In this document: positions 35,757-43,293 of the stretch, in pieces
How positions within the stretch are numbered: the first letter of the stretch is position 1
How the letters are laid out: the number at the start of each line of letters is the position of its first letter
From: an uncultured Clostridia bacterium
GTDB lineage: Bacteria; Bacillota; Clostridia; Christensenellales; UBA1242
Assembly (NCBI GenBank): GCA_947054085.1
Contig: CAMRVD010000001.1
Span: 24,676 to 88,675, forward strand
DNA: 64,000 nucleotides
Direction: 5' to 3'
Notes under the pieces: model-generated
Databases searched by the model: none
Seen by the model: the letters and a program-made list of their open reading frames with translations, nothing else
Told to the model about the DNA's origin: nothing
Position numbers and translations under genes: made by a program

Positions 35757-37485
35757 TTTTTAGTTCCTCCTCGCTTAGTTGAGATAACGCAATTTGTTTA
35801 TATACTAAACAACTATCTAGTAGTTCCCGATGCGTTCCTTTGCCCACAATTTCGCCGTTATCTAGCACTATTATTTGGTCGGCATCTAAAATTGTTCCTA
35901 TACGCTGAGCAACAATTAATTTTGTAGTATCCTTATAATTTTGTTTAAGAGCTTCTCTTAAACTGTGGTCGGTTTTATAGTCTAATGCCGAAAAACTATC
36001 GTCAAATATCAAGATTTCGGGATTTTTGATTAATGCCCTTGCTATTGCTAAACGCTGACGTTGACCGCCCGACAAATTTTTGCCCCCTTGCGAAACCATA
36101 AAGTTTAGCCCGCCGTCTAAGCTTTGTACAAAATCTTTAGCTTGAGCAACAGAAAGAGCCTTATCTATTTCCTCCTTTGTTGCGTCTAGTTTACCATAAG
36201 TTACATTTTCGGCAACACTTGCCCCAAACAAGTAACTTTTTTGCGGAATGTACCCTAGTCGATTATTAAGTGCCCCAAACTTATAATTTTTAATATTTAT
36301 ACCGTCGATTAAGACTTCGCCCTCAGTGCAATCGTAAAATCTGCTTACAAGATTTATAAGTGTACTTTTTCCACTACCGGTAGAACCAATAAAAGCTACA
36401 GTTTGCCCAGTTTTTGCAGTAAAATTAATATCTTTTAAAACATACTCTTCTGCTCCCGGGTACTTAAAACTTACATTTTTAAATTCTACCGTACCAACTG
36501 TATCTGTTTGCGTAGGGTTTAAATCCCCGGATTTTATGCTAGGTACAGTGCTAAGGACTTCGGTAATTCGCTTTGCAGATACACTTCCTCTTGGTAGCAT
36601 TACAAAAAGCATACTTACCATTAAAAAGCTCATAATAACCTGAATTGCATACTGCGAAAACTCGCTTATTTGTAAATACCCAATACCAAGGCTTGGGTTT
36701 AAAATAAGTTTTGCACCAATAAAATACAAAGCAATATTTAAACCGTTCATAATAAGCTGCATACCGGGAAACATAAACGATGTTACTCTGTTAATATATA
36801 AATTCGTGCCAGTTAGCTTATTATTAACATCTTTAAATTTGTCTTCTTGTATTTTTTCGGCGTTATTTGCTCTAACCACTCTTATGCCCGTTAAGTTTTC
36901 ACGTGCAACATTATTAAGTTTGTCTGTTTGTTTTTGCATAACAATAAATTTACGCATAACAAGTAGCATTATTGTAATTACAAACACAAACATAGCTGCT
37001 ACAAAAATAAAAGTTGTCCAAGTAAGTGTAGCGTTTATGCTAGTTATTTTTAAAATTGCACTTACCGCCATTACCGGTGCATATAAAAACAATTTTAACA
37101 ACATAGTTATAACTTGGCTTACTTGGTTAACATCGTTAGTACTCCTTGTTATTAAGCTGGCAGTAGAAAACTTGTTGACCTCTGCCATACTAAACTGACC
37201 AACTTTGTTAAACACTAAACTTCTTAATCTTTTAGCTAAACTACTGGATATTTTACTTGCAATGTACCCGATACAAAGTGAAATTACCGAACTTACAGTT
37301 ACAAAGCCCATCATTTTAAGCCCTTCTGACCAAACCGTCTTTGTTCCGCCACCAATGCCCATAAGTATTTTTACCATATACTCTGGCATTTTTAAATCGC
37401 ATGTAACTTGCATAATAGTTAATCCAACCACTACTAAAACGCAAAGCCATTCGTACCATTTAAGATACTTTAAAATTTTAAACAT
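35746..37485 (-). CDS. ABC exporter, fused permease/ATPase (heterodimer partner 1)
   Basis: 6-TM domain followed by GSTGSGKST, LSGGQRQRL, IFDDSFS. Overlaps its partner by 11 nt. Confidence 0.9.
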   Translation of the reverse strand: MFKILKYLKWYEWLCVLVVVGLTIMQVTCDLKMPEYMVKILMGIGGGTKTVWSEGLKMMGFVTVSSVISLCIGYIASKISSSLAKRLRSLVFNKVGQFSMAEVNKFSTASLITRSTNDVNQVSQVITMLLKLFLYAPVMAVSAILKITSINATLTWTTFIFVAAMFVFVITIMLLVMRKFIVMQKQTDKLNNVARENLTGIRVVRANNAEKIQEDKFKDVNNKLTGTNLYINRVTSFMFPGMQLIMNGLNIALYFIGAKLILNPSLGIGYLQISEFSQYAIQVIMSFLMVSMLFVMLPRGSVSAKRITEVLSTVPSIKSGDLNPTQTDTVGTVEFKNVSFKYPGAEEYVLKDINFTAKTGQTVAFIGSTGSGKSTLINLVSRFYDCTEGEVLIDGINIKNYKFGALNNRLGYIPQKSYLFGASVAENVTYGKLDATKEEIDKALSVAQAKDFVQSLDGGLNFMVSQGGKNLSGGQRQRLAIARALIKNPEILIFDDSFSALDYKTDHSLREALKQNYKDTTKLIVAQRIGTILDADQIIVLDNGEIVGKGTHRELLDSCLVYKQIALSQLSEEELKNGK

Positions 37486-37673
37486 AAATACCTCTAATTT
37501 TAGATTATATATAAAAGAATATAATAAATTATATAATTTTGCTCATAGCAAGTATTATATGTATAGTATTTAAATTTTGTCAAATACTTTATTTTAATTA
37601 TTCTACTTATTACAGGCAAAAAATATTGGCTATATTAATTGCCAACCACATAAAAATATGCTAACTTATTTAT

Positions 37674-38462
37674 ATGATAAAAAACGATCAAATACATAAA
37701 AATCATCGTAATCGAATGAAAAACACATTTTTAGAGCATGGGTTTACAACTTTTACCGAAATTCAAAAACTAGAATTTATGTTGTTTTTTGCAATTCCGC
37801 AAAAAGATGTAAATCCGCTAGCACATGCACTACTTGCCGAGTTTGGTTCACTAAATAAAGTATTGTCAGCAGACTTTGAAAATTTATTAAAGATAGATGG
37901 CGTAGGGACGCATACCGCATTACTACTAAAAACTTTTAAAGCCGTGGCGGCGGAAGTTCCAACGTTAGAGCCCTTAACAAAAATTAGCGGTTCACTAGTT
38001 GCAAAAGAATATTGCTATCATCTTATGCGTCACAGCGATGTAGAAGACTTTTATGTAATTTGTTTAAACGACGTAAACAAAATTCTTAAAACCAAAAAAA
38101 TAAATTCTGGAACAGCCAACAAAGTTCATGTAGAAATCAGCGAAATAACCAAAGTAATAATTACAAACAAAGCTACTAAAGTGATAGTTGCACACAATCA
38201 TCCAAGCGGCAGCATGGAATTTTCGGATGACGACATGCACATAACTAATAATATAATGTGTAATTGTTTACTAAACGATGTGGAACTTATAGACCACGTA
38301 CTAGTAAGCCCAACCGAGGTTATGAGCCTTGCAGAGGACGGCAGGCTAGACTTTGTAAAAAATACCTGCGTAAATTCTTTAAACCTTCCTGTTAAAATCC
38401 CTAGCCCATCCGCTCCTTACGAAGATTATATAGTTTTTGGAAAAGATACAGAAAACAAATAA
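37674..38462 (+). CDS. radC: RadC-like JAB-domain protein
   Basis: N-terminal HRNRMKNTFLEHG…FGSL…, JAMM-like HNHPSGS motif. Confidence 0.85.
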   Translation: MIKNDQIHKNHRNRMKNTFLEHGFTTFTEIQKLEFMLFFAIPQKDVNPLAHALLAEFGSLNKVLSADFENLLKIDGVGTHTALLLKTFKAVAAEVPTLEPLTKISGSLVAKEYCYHLMRHSDVEDFYVICLNDVNKILKTKKINSGTANKVHVEISEITKVIITNKATKVIVAHNHPSGSMEFSDDDMHITNNIMCNCLLNDVELIDHVLVSPTEVMSLAEDGRLDFVKNTCVNSLNLPVKIPSPSAPYEDYIVFGKDTENK

Positions 38463-38536
38463 CCTACCTATCGAATTGTAATATTAATATTAAATTTAAA
38501 ATTAAAAATGTTAATTGCTATTATAAACATTTATGC

Positions 38537-38570
38537 AAAAACCACCAATAAAACTGGTGGTTTTTGTTTT
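38537..38570 (+). terminator. intrinsic terminator after radC
   Basis: AAAAACCACCA-ATAAAAC-TGGTGGTTTTTGTTTT. Confidence 0.8.
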
Positions 38571-38730
38571 GTGCGAGTAATTGTATCGTAAGCTGAGTAG
38601 ATTTTATGTAAATTTTAATCTAATATATTTTGGATTGTGCAATTTAAAATTTAAAATATGTCATACATTTTCTCAAAAAACGACCTTATCCATTAAAATT
38701 GTAGTAGGTTAATTTACAAGGAGAAAGTGA

Positions 38731-39334
38731 ATGAAGGAATTTACTATTAAGGCTAATAAGTTTTTAGAAAAAAAATATTCAAGGTTTTTATAACTGCGAG
38801 TACTTAGGCTACCAAAAACCAAATAACCCAGATTTTTTTAATAGGCTTAAAAATATGTCTGGTCAAATTGACGAATTAAATTTAGTAGAAGATTTTGTTG
38901 ATATTAGCGAAAGATTAATAGAAGATTTTAAAAAGTTAGCACAAAAATATCATAATTATTCTGTCTGCGTTATACCTAGGTCTAAAGCAGATAAAAGTTA
39001 TTCGGCTCGTCAACTTATGTTTAAAAAGGCTGTGTCAAGCATTGCAAATAAATTGGGTTTAACAAATGCAACAGAAGTTATAAAAAGAGTAAAAAATACC
39101 AGAACAACTCATAACTGGCGACTAGAAAATAATTTTGGCAACTTACCTTATGTTGGCATAACAAAAGACACTTGTGAAATTGATATAAACAAAATAAATG
39201 GCAAAAATATCATTCTTGTTGACGATATCTATACTGAGGGGGTAAATGTTGCCGAAGATTGCATTGAAACTTTGTTGGATCTGGGTGCTAAAGATGTTAT
39301 AATGTATGCAGTTGCAAGAACAACAAAAAATTAA
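38731..39334 (+). pseudogene. ComFC-like phosphoribosyltransferase-domain gene, frameshifted in an A8 tract
   Basis: ATG 38731 with AAGGAG SD; that frame stops at 38791-38793. The +1 frame is open from 38768 and carries the PRTase motif NIILVDDIYTEGVNVAED…AVART. The two frames meet in A8 at 38768-38775; A7 would give one ORF. Confidence 0.65.
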
Positions 39335-39406
39335 CTTTTTGACAATTAAGCAACAAATAGCTTATATAAAATTTACTCTATCTAAAAGCGAAAATCAGGA
39401 GTTAAA

Positions 39407-40246
39407 ATGTACTCAAATATTGCATTAAAAATATTTGCAGCCTTGTGCGAAGGTAAAATAAATTCCAGAACTATGTTTTGGAAAAGTTTTGCAGATCAAA
39501 AAATTTTTGAAAACCTTGAAATAGATTTTCAAAAATATATTAATATATTAAAATCTGCGGATTATAATTTAGTTTGCTATTTTGACGAAAACTTTCCTAT
39601 TATAGAACCAAATATCAAACCCGCCGACCGCCCATTTTTATTTGCATACAAGGGTGATATTAGTTTGCTTAGTCATGTGCAAAAAAATATCGCTGTGGTT
39701 GGGGTGCTAACCCCAGTGCAAAATATAGAACAGAGGGAGCAAAAACTTGTTGCCGACTTAGTTGCAAAAAAAGTTTAACATAGTAAGTGGACTGGCCACT
39801 GGTTACGACACTATTGCACACAAATCTTGCCTAGCATGTGGTGGTAAAACTATTGCTATTTTACCAACAACGTTCAGCAATGTTTTCCCTAAAGAAAATG
39901 CTGGTTTGGTAAACGAAATAGTTAATGCTGGTGGGCTGATTATAACCGAATATGTTAGCGAGCCAAAATCTCGTGGAGAACGGATAAATCGCTTTATTGA
40001 ACGCGATCGCTTGCAAGCCATGTTTGTAAAAGCTGTTGTTTTGGTAGCAAGTTATTTGCCCGGTGCGGGAGATAGTGGCTCTCGCCACGCTATGCAAAAG
40101 CAAAAGAATATGGCAAACATCGCCTAGTTATGTATAACCCTATAATTGACTTAGATAGTCCGCTTTTTGGACTGAATAAAAAATTGCTCAGCGAAGGCGT
40201 TGAACAAGTAACAGCAAAGAGTTTAAGGCCTTGGGAGAACCCATGA
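39407..40246 (+). pseudogene. dprA: DprA/Smf-like (SLOG fold) gene broken by two frameshifts
   Basis: …IAVVGV…SGLATGYDTIAH…TIAILPTTFSNVFPKENAGL…FIERDRLQA…GDSGSRHAM. Shift 1 is in A7 at 39766-39772, shift 2 near A4 at 40096-40099. The last fragment ends in TGA overlapping the next gene's ATG (ATGA, 40243-40246). Confidence 0.75.
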
Positions 40247-40782
40247 CTATAATATGCGATCTTGATGACACACTAATTTATACAACACAATTAAACAATG
40301 ACGCATATAATTATGCTTTGGAGCATTTTGGGTATAAACGAATAGATGATACTGATAGAATAATAAGGCAATGCTTAAATTTTATAAATAAAACAGCATT
40401 AGATAAAATAATTGCTTTAAAACAGATTTACTTTAACCAAAATTGGTTAAAATATAGAACAATTATAAACGAAATTTTACTAAACAAACTAAAAACTTAT
40501 GGCAAACAAAATTGTTATCTTTGGACAACAGCAGATAAAACCCGAGTTTCATCAATAACTTGGCACTACCAACTAGACCGTTACTTTTCAGATATTATTT
40601 TTGACCCTAAAACAAATTTTGTTAATTCTCTAGACCTTATCAAGACAAAATGTTGCTTTAAAAATTGCATTATTTACGAAAACAACCCTAACAATTTTAA
40701 CCCGCTGTTTCATCAAATAAAAATGGTCGACCACATAAGTACTAACTCTTTTGACGTAAAAGGGTATATGATAAATTTATAA
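40243..40782 (+). CDS. HAD-superfamily hydrolase-like protein
   Basis: N-terminal motif I DLDDT (MTIICDLDDTLIY). ATGA overlap with the dprA-like reading frame. Confidence 0.6.
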   Translation: MTIICDLDDTLIYTTQLNNDAYNYALEHFGYKRIDDTDRIIRQCLNFINKTALDKIIALKQIYFNQNWLKYRTIINEILLNKLKTYGKQNCYLWTTADKTRVSSITWHYQLDRYFSDIIFDPKTNFVNSLDLIKTKCCFKNCIIYENNPNNFNPLFHQIKMVDHISTNSFDVKGYMINL

Positions 40783-40785
40783 AAT

Positions 40786-40819
40786 AAAATCACTCAGAAA
40801 ATTTTTCTGAGTGATTTTT
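40786..40819. terminator. bidirectional intrinsic terminator
   Basis: AAAATCACTCAGAAA-ATT-TTTCTGAGTGATTTT between the HAD gene and the tRNA-fMet 3' end. Confidence 0.8.
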
Positions 40820-40821
40820 AA

Positions 40822-40898
40822 TGGTTGCGGGAGCAGGATTTGAACCTGCGACCTTCGGGTTATGAGCCCGACGAGCTTCCGAGCTGCTCTATCCCGCG
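40822..40898 (-). tRNA. initiator tRNA-fMet (CAU), CCA encoded
   Basis: The reverse complement reads CGCGGGATAGAGCAGCTCGGAAGCTCGTCGGGCTCATAACCCGAAGGTCGCAGGTTCAAATCCTGCTCCCGCAACCA. C1/A72 mismatch and three G-C pairs closing the anticodon stem are initiator hallmarks. Confidence 0.93.
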
Positions 40899-40929
40899 AT
40901 ATTAAATTATTGACCTTGATTTATTTTTA

Positions 40930-41026
40930 CCCGAAGGTCTTCGGGTTATACTCGGGCAAGCCTCGTGGCGTTCGCTATCGCTCGGCTAAGGAGCTAACGA
41001 ACTATCCAAGCTTACTATCCCGCGAT
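40930..41026 (-). pseudogene. decayed tRNA-fMet-derived segment inside the tRNA-fMet leader
   Basis: ATCGCGGGATAG (41026-41015) and ATAACCCGAAG repeat tRNA positions. They are interrupted by …CTTAGCCGAGC…GAACGCCACGAGGCTTGCCCGAGT. No T-arm or acceptor 3' strand. Confidence 0.5.
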
Positions 41027-41050
41027 ATGCGGCTTTTGCAAAGCCCTTAT

Positions 41051-41079
41051 ATAATATAGCAATATTTAAATATTGTCAA
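41051..41079 (-). promoter_or_regulatory. consensus-like sigma-A promoter for the tRNA-fMet transcript
   Basis: - strand TTGACA (41079-41074), 17 nt, TATTAT (41056-41051). Confidence 0.7.
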
Positions 41080-41128
41080 GGTTATTTAAAAATAAAATAA
41101 TATTTTTTATCTAACATTTTTAAAAAGG

Positions 41129-41157
41129 TTGACAAATGTCTTTTTTTATACTATTAT
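41129..41157 (+). promoter_or_regulatory. consensus-like sigma-A promoter for the tRNA-Met/tRNA-Glu transcript
   Basis: TTGACA (41129-41134), 17 nt, TATTAT (41152-41157). Confidence 0.7.
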
Positions 41158-41264
41158 ACAAAAGCATAAACTTTAAGTTTTGTATTTGTAGCTGCTTAGC
41201 GATAGTATTGCTAGAGTGACTGATTTGTGCCCTGTAGGGTCTACTTGGTACAAATTTACATAAT

Positions 41265-41372
41265 ATTGTGGCGGCTTTGTACAAGATTATTAAAGCATCT
41301 GGTTCCTCAGCCGAAGCACAAAAAGTGCCGAACGCCACGAGGGCTTGCCCAAGTATAACTAGTAGGTCGTAG
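41265..41372 (+). pseudogene. decayed tRNA-Met-derived segment inside the tRNA-Met leader
   Basis: ATTGTGGCGGCTT (= 41413-41425), CTGGTTC, then …CTCAGCCGAAGC…GAACGCCACGAGGGCTTGCCCAAGT, then ATAACTAGTAGGTCGTAG (cf. ATACCCAGTAGGTCGTAG in the tRNA). Confidence 0.5.
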
Positions 41373-41417
41373 AACTACTGGGGAAATGGTTTACTTAGGG
41401 TGCAATTTAATAATTGT

Positions 41418-41494
41418 GGCGGCTTAGCTCAGTTGGCTAGAGCGCCTGGTTCATACCCAGTAGGTCGTAGGTTCAAATCCCACAGCCGCTACCA
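41418..41494 (+). tRNA. tRNA-Met (CAU), elongator type, CCA encoded
   Basis: GGCGGCTTAGCTCAGTTGGCTAGAGCGCCTGGTTCATACCCAGTAGGTCGTAGGTTCAAATCCCACAGCCGCTACCA. The anticodon loop TTCATAC resembles elongator Met; a tRNA-Ile2 (lysidine) identity cannot be excluded. One A/C mismatch in the T-stem. Confidence 0.85.
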
Positions 41495-41508
41495 CAATCT
41501 TTTAATAT

Positions 41509-41583
41509 GGTCCCATGGTCAAGCGGTTAAGACATCGCCCTTTCACGGCGGTAACAGGGGTTCGATTCCCCTTGGGACTACCA
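41509..41583 (+). tRNA. tRNA-Glu (UUC), CCA encoded
   Basis: GGTCCCATGGTCAAGCGGTTAAGACATCGCCCTTTCACGGCGGTAACAGGGGTTCGATTCCCCTTGGGACTACCA. Confidence 0.92.
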
Positions 41584-41587
41584 AAAC

Positions 41588-41616
41588 AAAAGCTGCCTTT
41601 TGGCAGCTTTTTGTTT
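41588..41616 (+). terminator. intrinsic terminator after tRNA-Glu
   Basis: AAAGCTGCC-TTTT-GGCAGCTTTTTGTTTT. Confidence 0.8.
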
Positions 41617-41868
41617 TGTCCTAAATAAGCGAACAGCAACAAGGTTGCAAGGCACATAGCCGAGCAACTTACAGTGTCCCCCCCCCCAACGAGTTTTAAA
41701 ATCAAACTTTTTGAGGAGAGGCACTTATGTTGTAAGCTGATATTTACGTAAAGCAAACCGAAACAAAACCATAAGTGTGAAGACGCCACAAAGAATGGAC
41801 TCAAGTATAACATAAAAAGTTGAGGTAAAATTAATAAAGCCAACTACACTAGTTGACTTTTTATTTTA

Positions 41869-42153
41869 TTATTTTGTTGGTACATAAATTTTATCTCCGG
41901 GCTGAGCAAGGCCTAATTCCTCACGGGCTTGTTGCTCTAAATAGCTGCCGGTTTCCTGAAGTTTAATGTTGTTTTCTAATTGCTTTTGCTGTTGGGTTAA
42001 CGCTATAGACATTTGATCTAATTTTTTAGACTTAGCTTTAAGCACGCCAATTTTTATACACTGATAACTTATTATGCACACAGCGCATAACACAAAAGTT
42101 GTAACCAAAATTGTTGTTAATTTTACTACTCTTTTAAATTTTTGTGGTGTCAT
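41869..42153 (-). CDS. divIC: septum formation initiator (DivIC/FtsB family)
   Basis: N-terminal TM, coiled coil, C-terminal …EEQAREELGLAQPGDKIYV. yabP-yabQ-divIC synteny. Confidence 0.72.
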   Translation of the reverse strand: MTPQKFKRVVKLTTILVTTFVLCAVCIISYQCIKIGVLKAKSKKLDQMSIALTQQQKQLENNIKLQETGSYLEQQAREELGLAQPGDKIYVPTK

Positions 42154-42156
42154 AAT

Positions 42157-42522
42157 TTACCTTAATAATTTACTGCCAAATTTGGTAGTTTTTATTTTGC
42201 TAACAGCTTTAGCAAAAACATTATACACCATATTATAAAATTTTGTAAAGAAAAATCCAATAGAAATTTGTTCTAAAATTATTCCAAGTATGCTTGCAAA
42301 AATTGTGTAAAAAAACACTCTGCCGTTTGTATACTTAAGCAAAAAAACGCAAAAACAAGTACCGATCAAGCTAAAATATATAAATTTTACAACATTTACA
42401 ATCCAAATATTGTTTTTTGTTATAAGTTTTGTAAACTTACAAACTTCGTATAAAAAGCCAAAGCTTAAACCCAAAACTAAAAACCTTAAAAATAAAATTC
42501 CGCTAAATAAACTTTCGAACAT
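42157..42522 (-). CDS. yabQ: spore cortex biosynthesis protein YabQ-like membrane protein
   Basis: Small polytopic membrane ORF located between yabP and divIC as in Bacillus. Called mainly from synteny. Confidence 0.55.
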   Translation of the reverse strand: MFESLFSGILFLRFLVLGLSFGFLYEVCKFTKLITKNNIWIVNVVKFIYFSLIGTCFCVFLLKYTNGRVFFYTIFASILGIILEQISIGFFFTKFYNMVYNVFAKAVSKIKTTKFGSKLLR

Positions 42523-42525
42523 AAA

Positions 42526-42798
42526 CTATTTAAACAACTTTTTAAAGAAATTTTTGCTACTTAGTGTATTGTATTTTATACTATTAACTAAGCCCGATAT
42601 AATCAGTAACTTTTCTTCTGGGGATAGTTTTTCTACCTTTAAATTCTCGCCCGAAATTTCCATTTGACCATCGTAAAGCTTAATGTATACGCCGCCTTGG
42701 GTTGCAGAAAGCACTTCTTGTACGCCGGTAATTATTGTTTTGCTTCGATTTTCCATAGTTACGTTGTGTTGAGGTTTTATTGTTTGTTTAGTTTCCAT
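42526..42798 (-). CDS. yabP: sporulation protein YabP
   Basis: …HNVTMENRSKTIITGVQEVLSATQGGVYIKL…MEISGENLKVEKLSPEEKLLIISG matches the YabP/YqfC pattern. Confidence 0.78.
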   Translation of the reverse strand: METKQTIKPQHNVTMENRSKTIITGVQEVLSATQGGVYIKLYDGQMEISGENLKVEKLSPEEKLLIISGLVNSIKYNTLSSKNFFKKLFK

Positions 42799-42942
42799 AA
42801 TTTACTCCTCTTATTTTATATCTATGCTTAAAAATTTAAAATAATAACCATAACAAAACCTAAAATTAATTGTATTTATAAACTAATTTATGTAACAAAA
42901 AAACACTCTTTTATAAGAGCGTTTTTACTATTGCTATTTATA

Positions 42943-43164
42943 CTATACGTTTAATAGTCTTAGTATATGTTTGTTAAGAATCATTAGAACAAGGTCGCAA
43001 ATCCAAATGATGTTCCAACCAAATACTAGTCTAAGAATTCCGGCAACAATTTTACCATCTTGAAATCTGGTTAATGCACCGCAAATCCAAGAAGTAAATG
43101 GTATTATTGCTAGCACAAGGCTTACAATATAACTTAAACCAAAGTAATCTGATTTATGTGCCAT
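42943..43164 (-). CDS. small two-TM membrane protein, unknown function
   Basis: 73-aa ORF with two hydrophobic helices; GGAGG SD upstream. Confidence 0.5.
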   Translation of the reverse strand: MAHKSDYFGLSYIVSLVLAIIPFTSWICGALTRFQDGKIVAGILRLVFGWNIIWICDLVLMILNKHILRLLNV

Positions 43165-43293
43165 TATACTTACCTCCGTTTTTATTTACTATTTATAGTA
43201 TACTCTGGTTTAATAAATTTTCCAACAAAAATAATAAGTTTTTATTAAAATTTTGAAATTTTTAAATTTTATTGGTAACAATTATTACATCCC

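Noticed and set aside
39762-40127. 121-aa ORF with TTG start as an independent gene
   Set aside because: It is the central part of the dprA-like reading frame. Family motifs continue across both frame breaks, so it is treated as a pseudogene fragment.
38463-41616. Integrative element or prophage at the tRNA cluster (radC, comFC-like, dprA-like beside tRNAs)
   Set aside because: No integrase, recombinase or phage gene. No direct repeat of a tRNA 3' end (att-like) was seen. The duplicated tRNA pieces are 5' and anticodon parts in leaders, not att sites.
40862-41843. Four track ORFs (40862..41059 +, 41120..41338 -, 41400..41624 +, 41502..41843 -)
   Set aside because: They overlap tRNA genes, tRNA leaders, promoters or the terminator, and have no SD or start context. 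They are shadows of structured RNA sequence.
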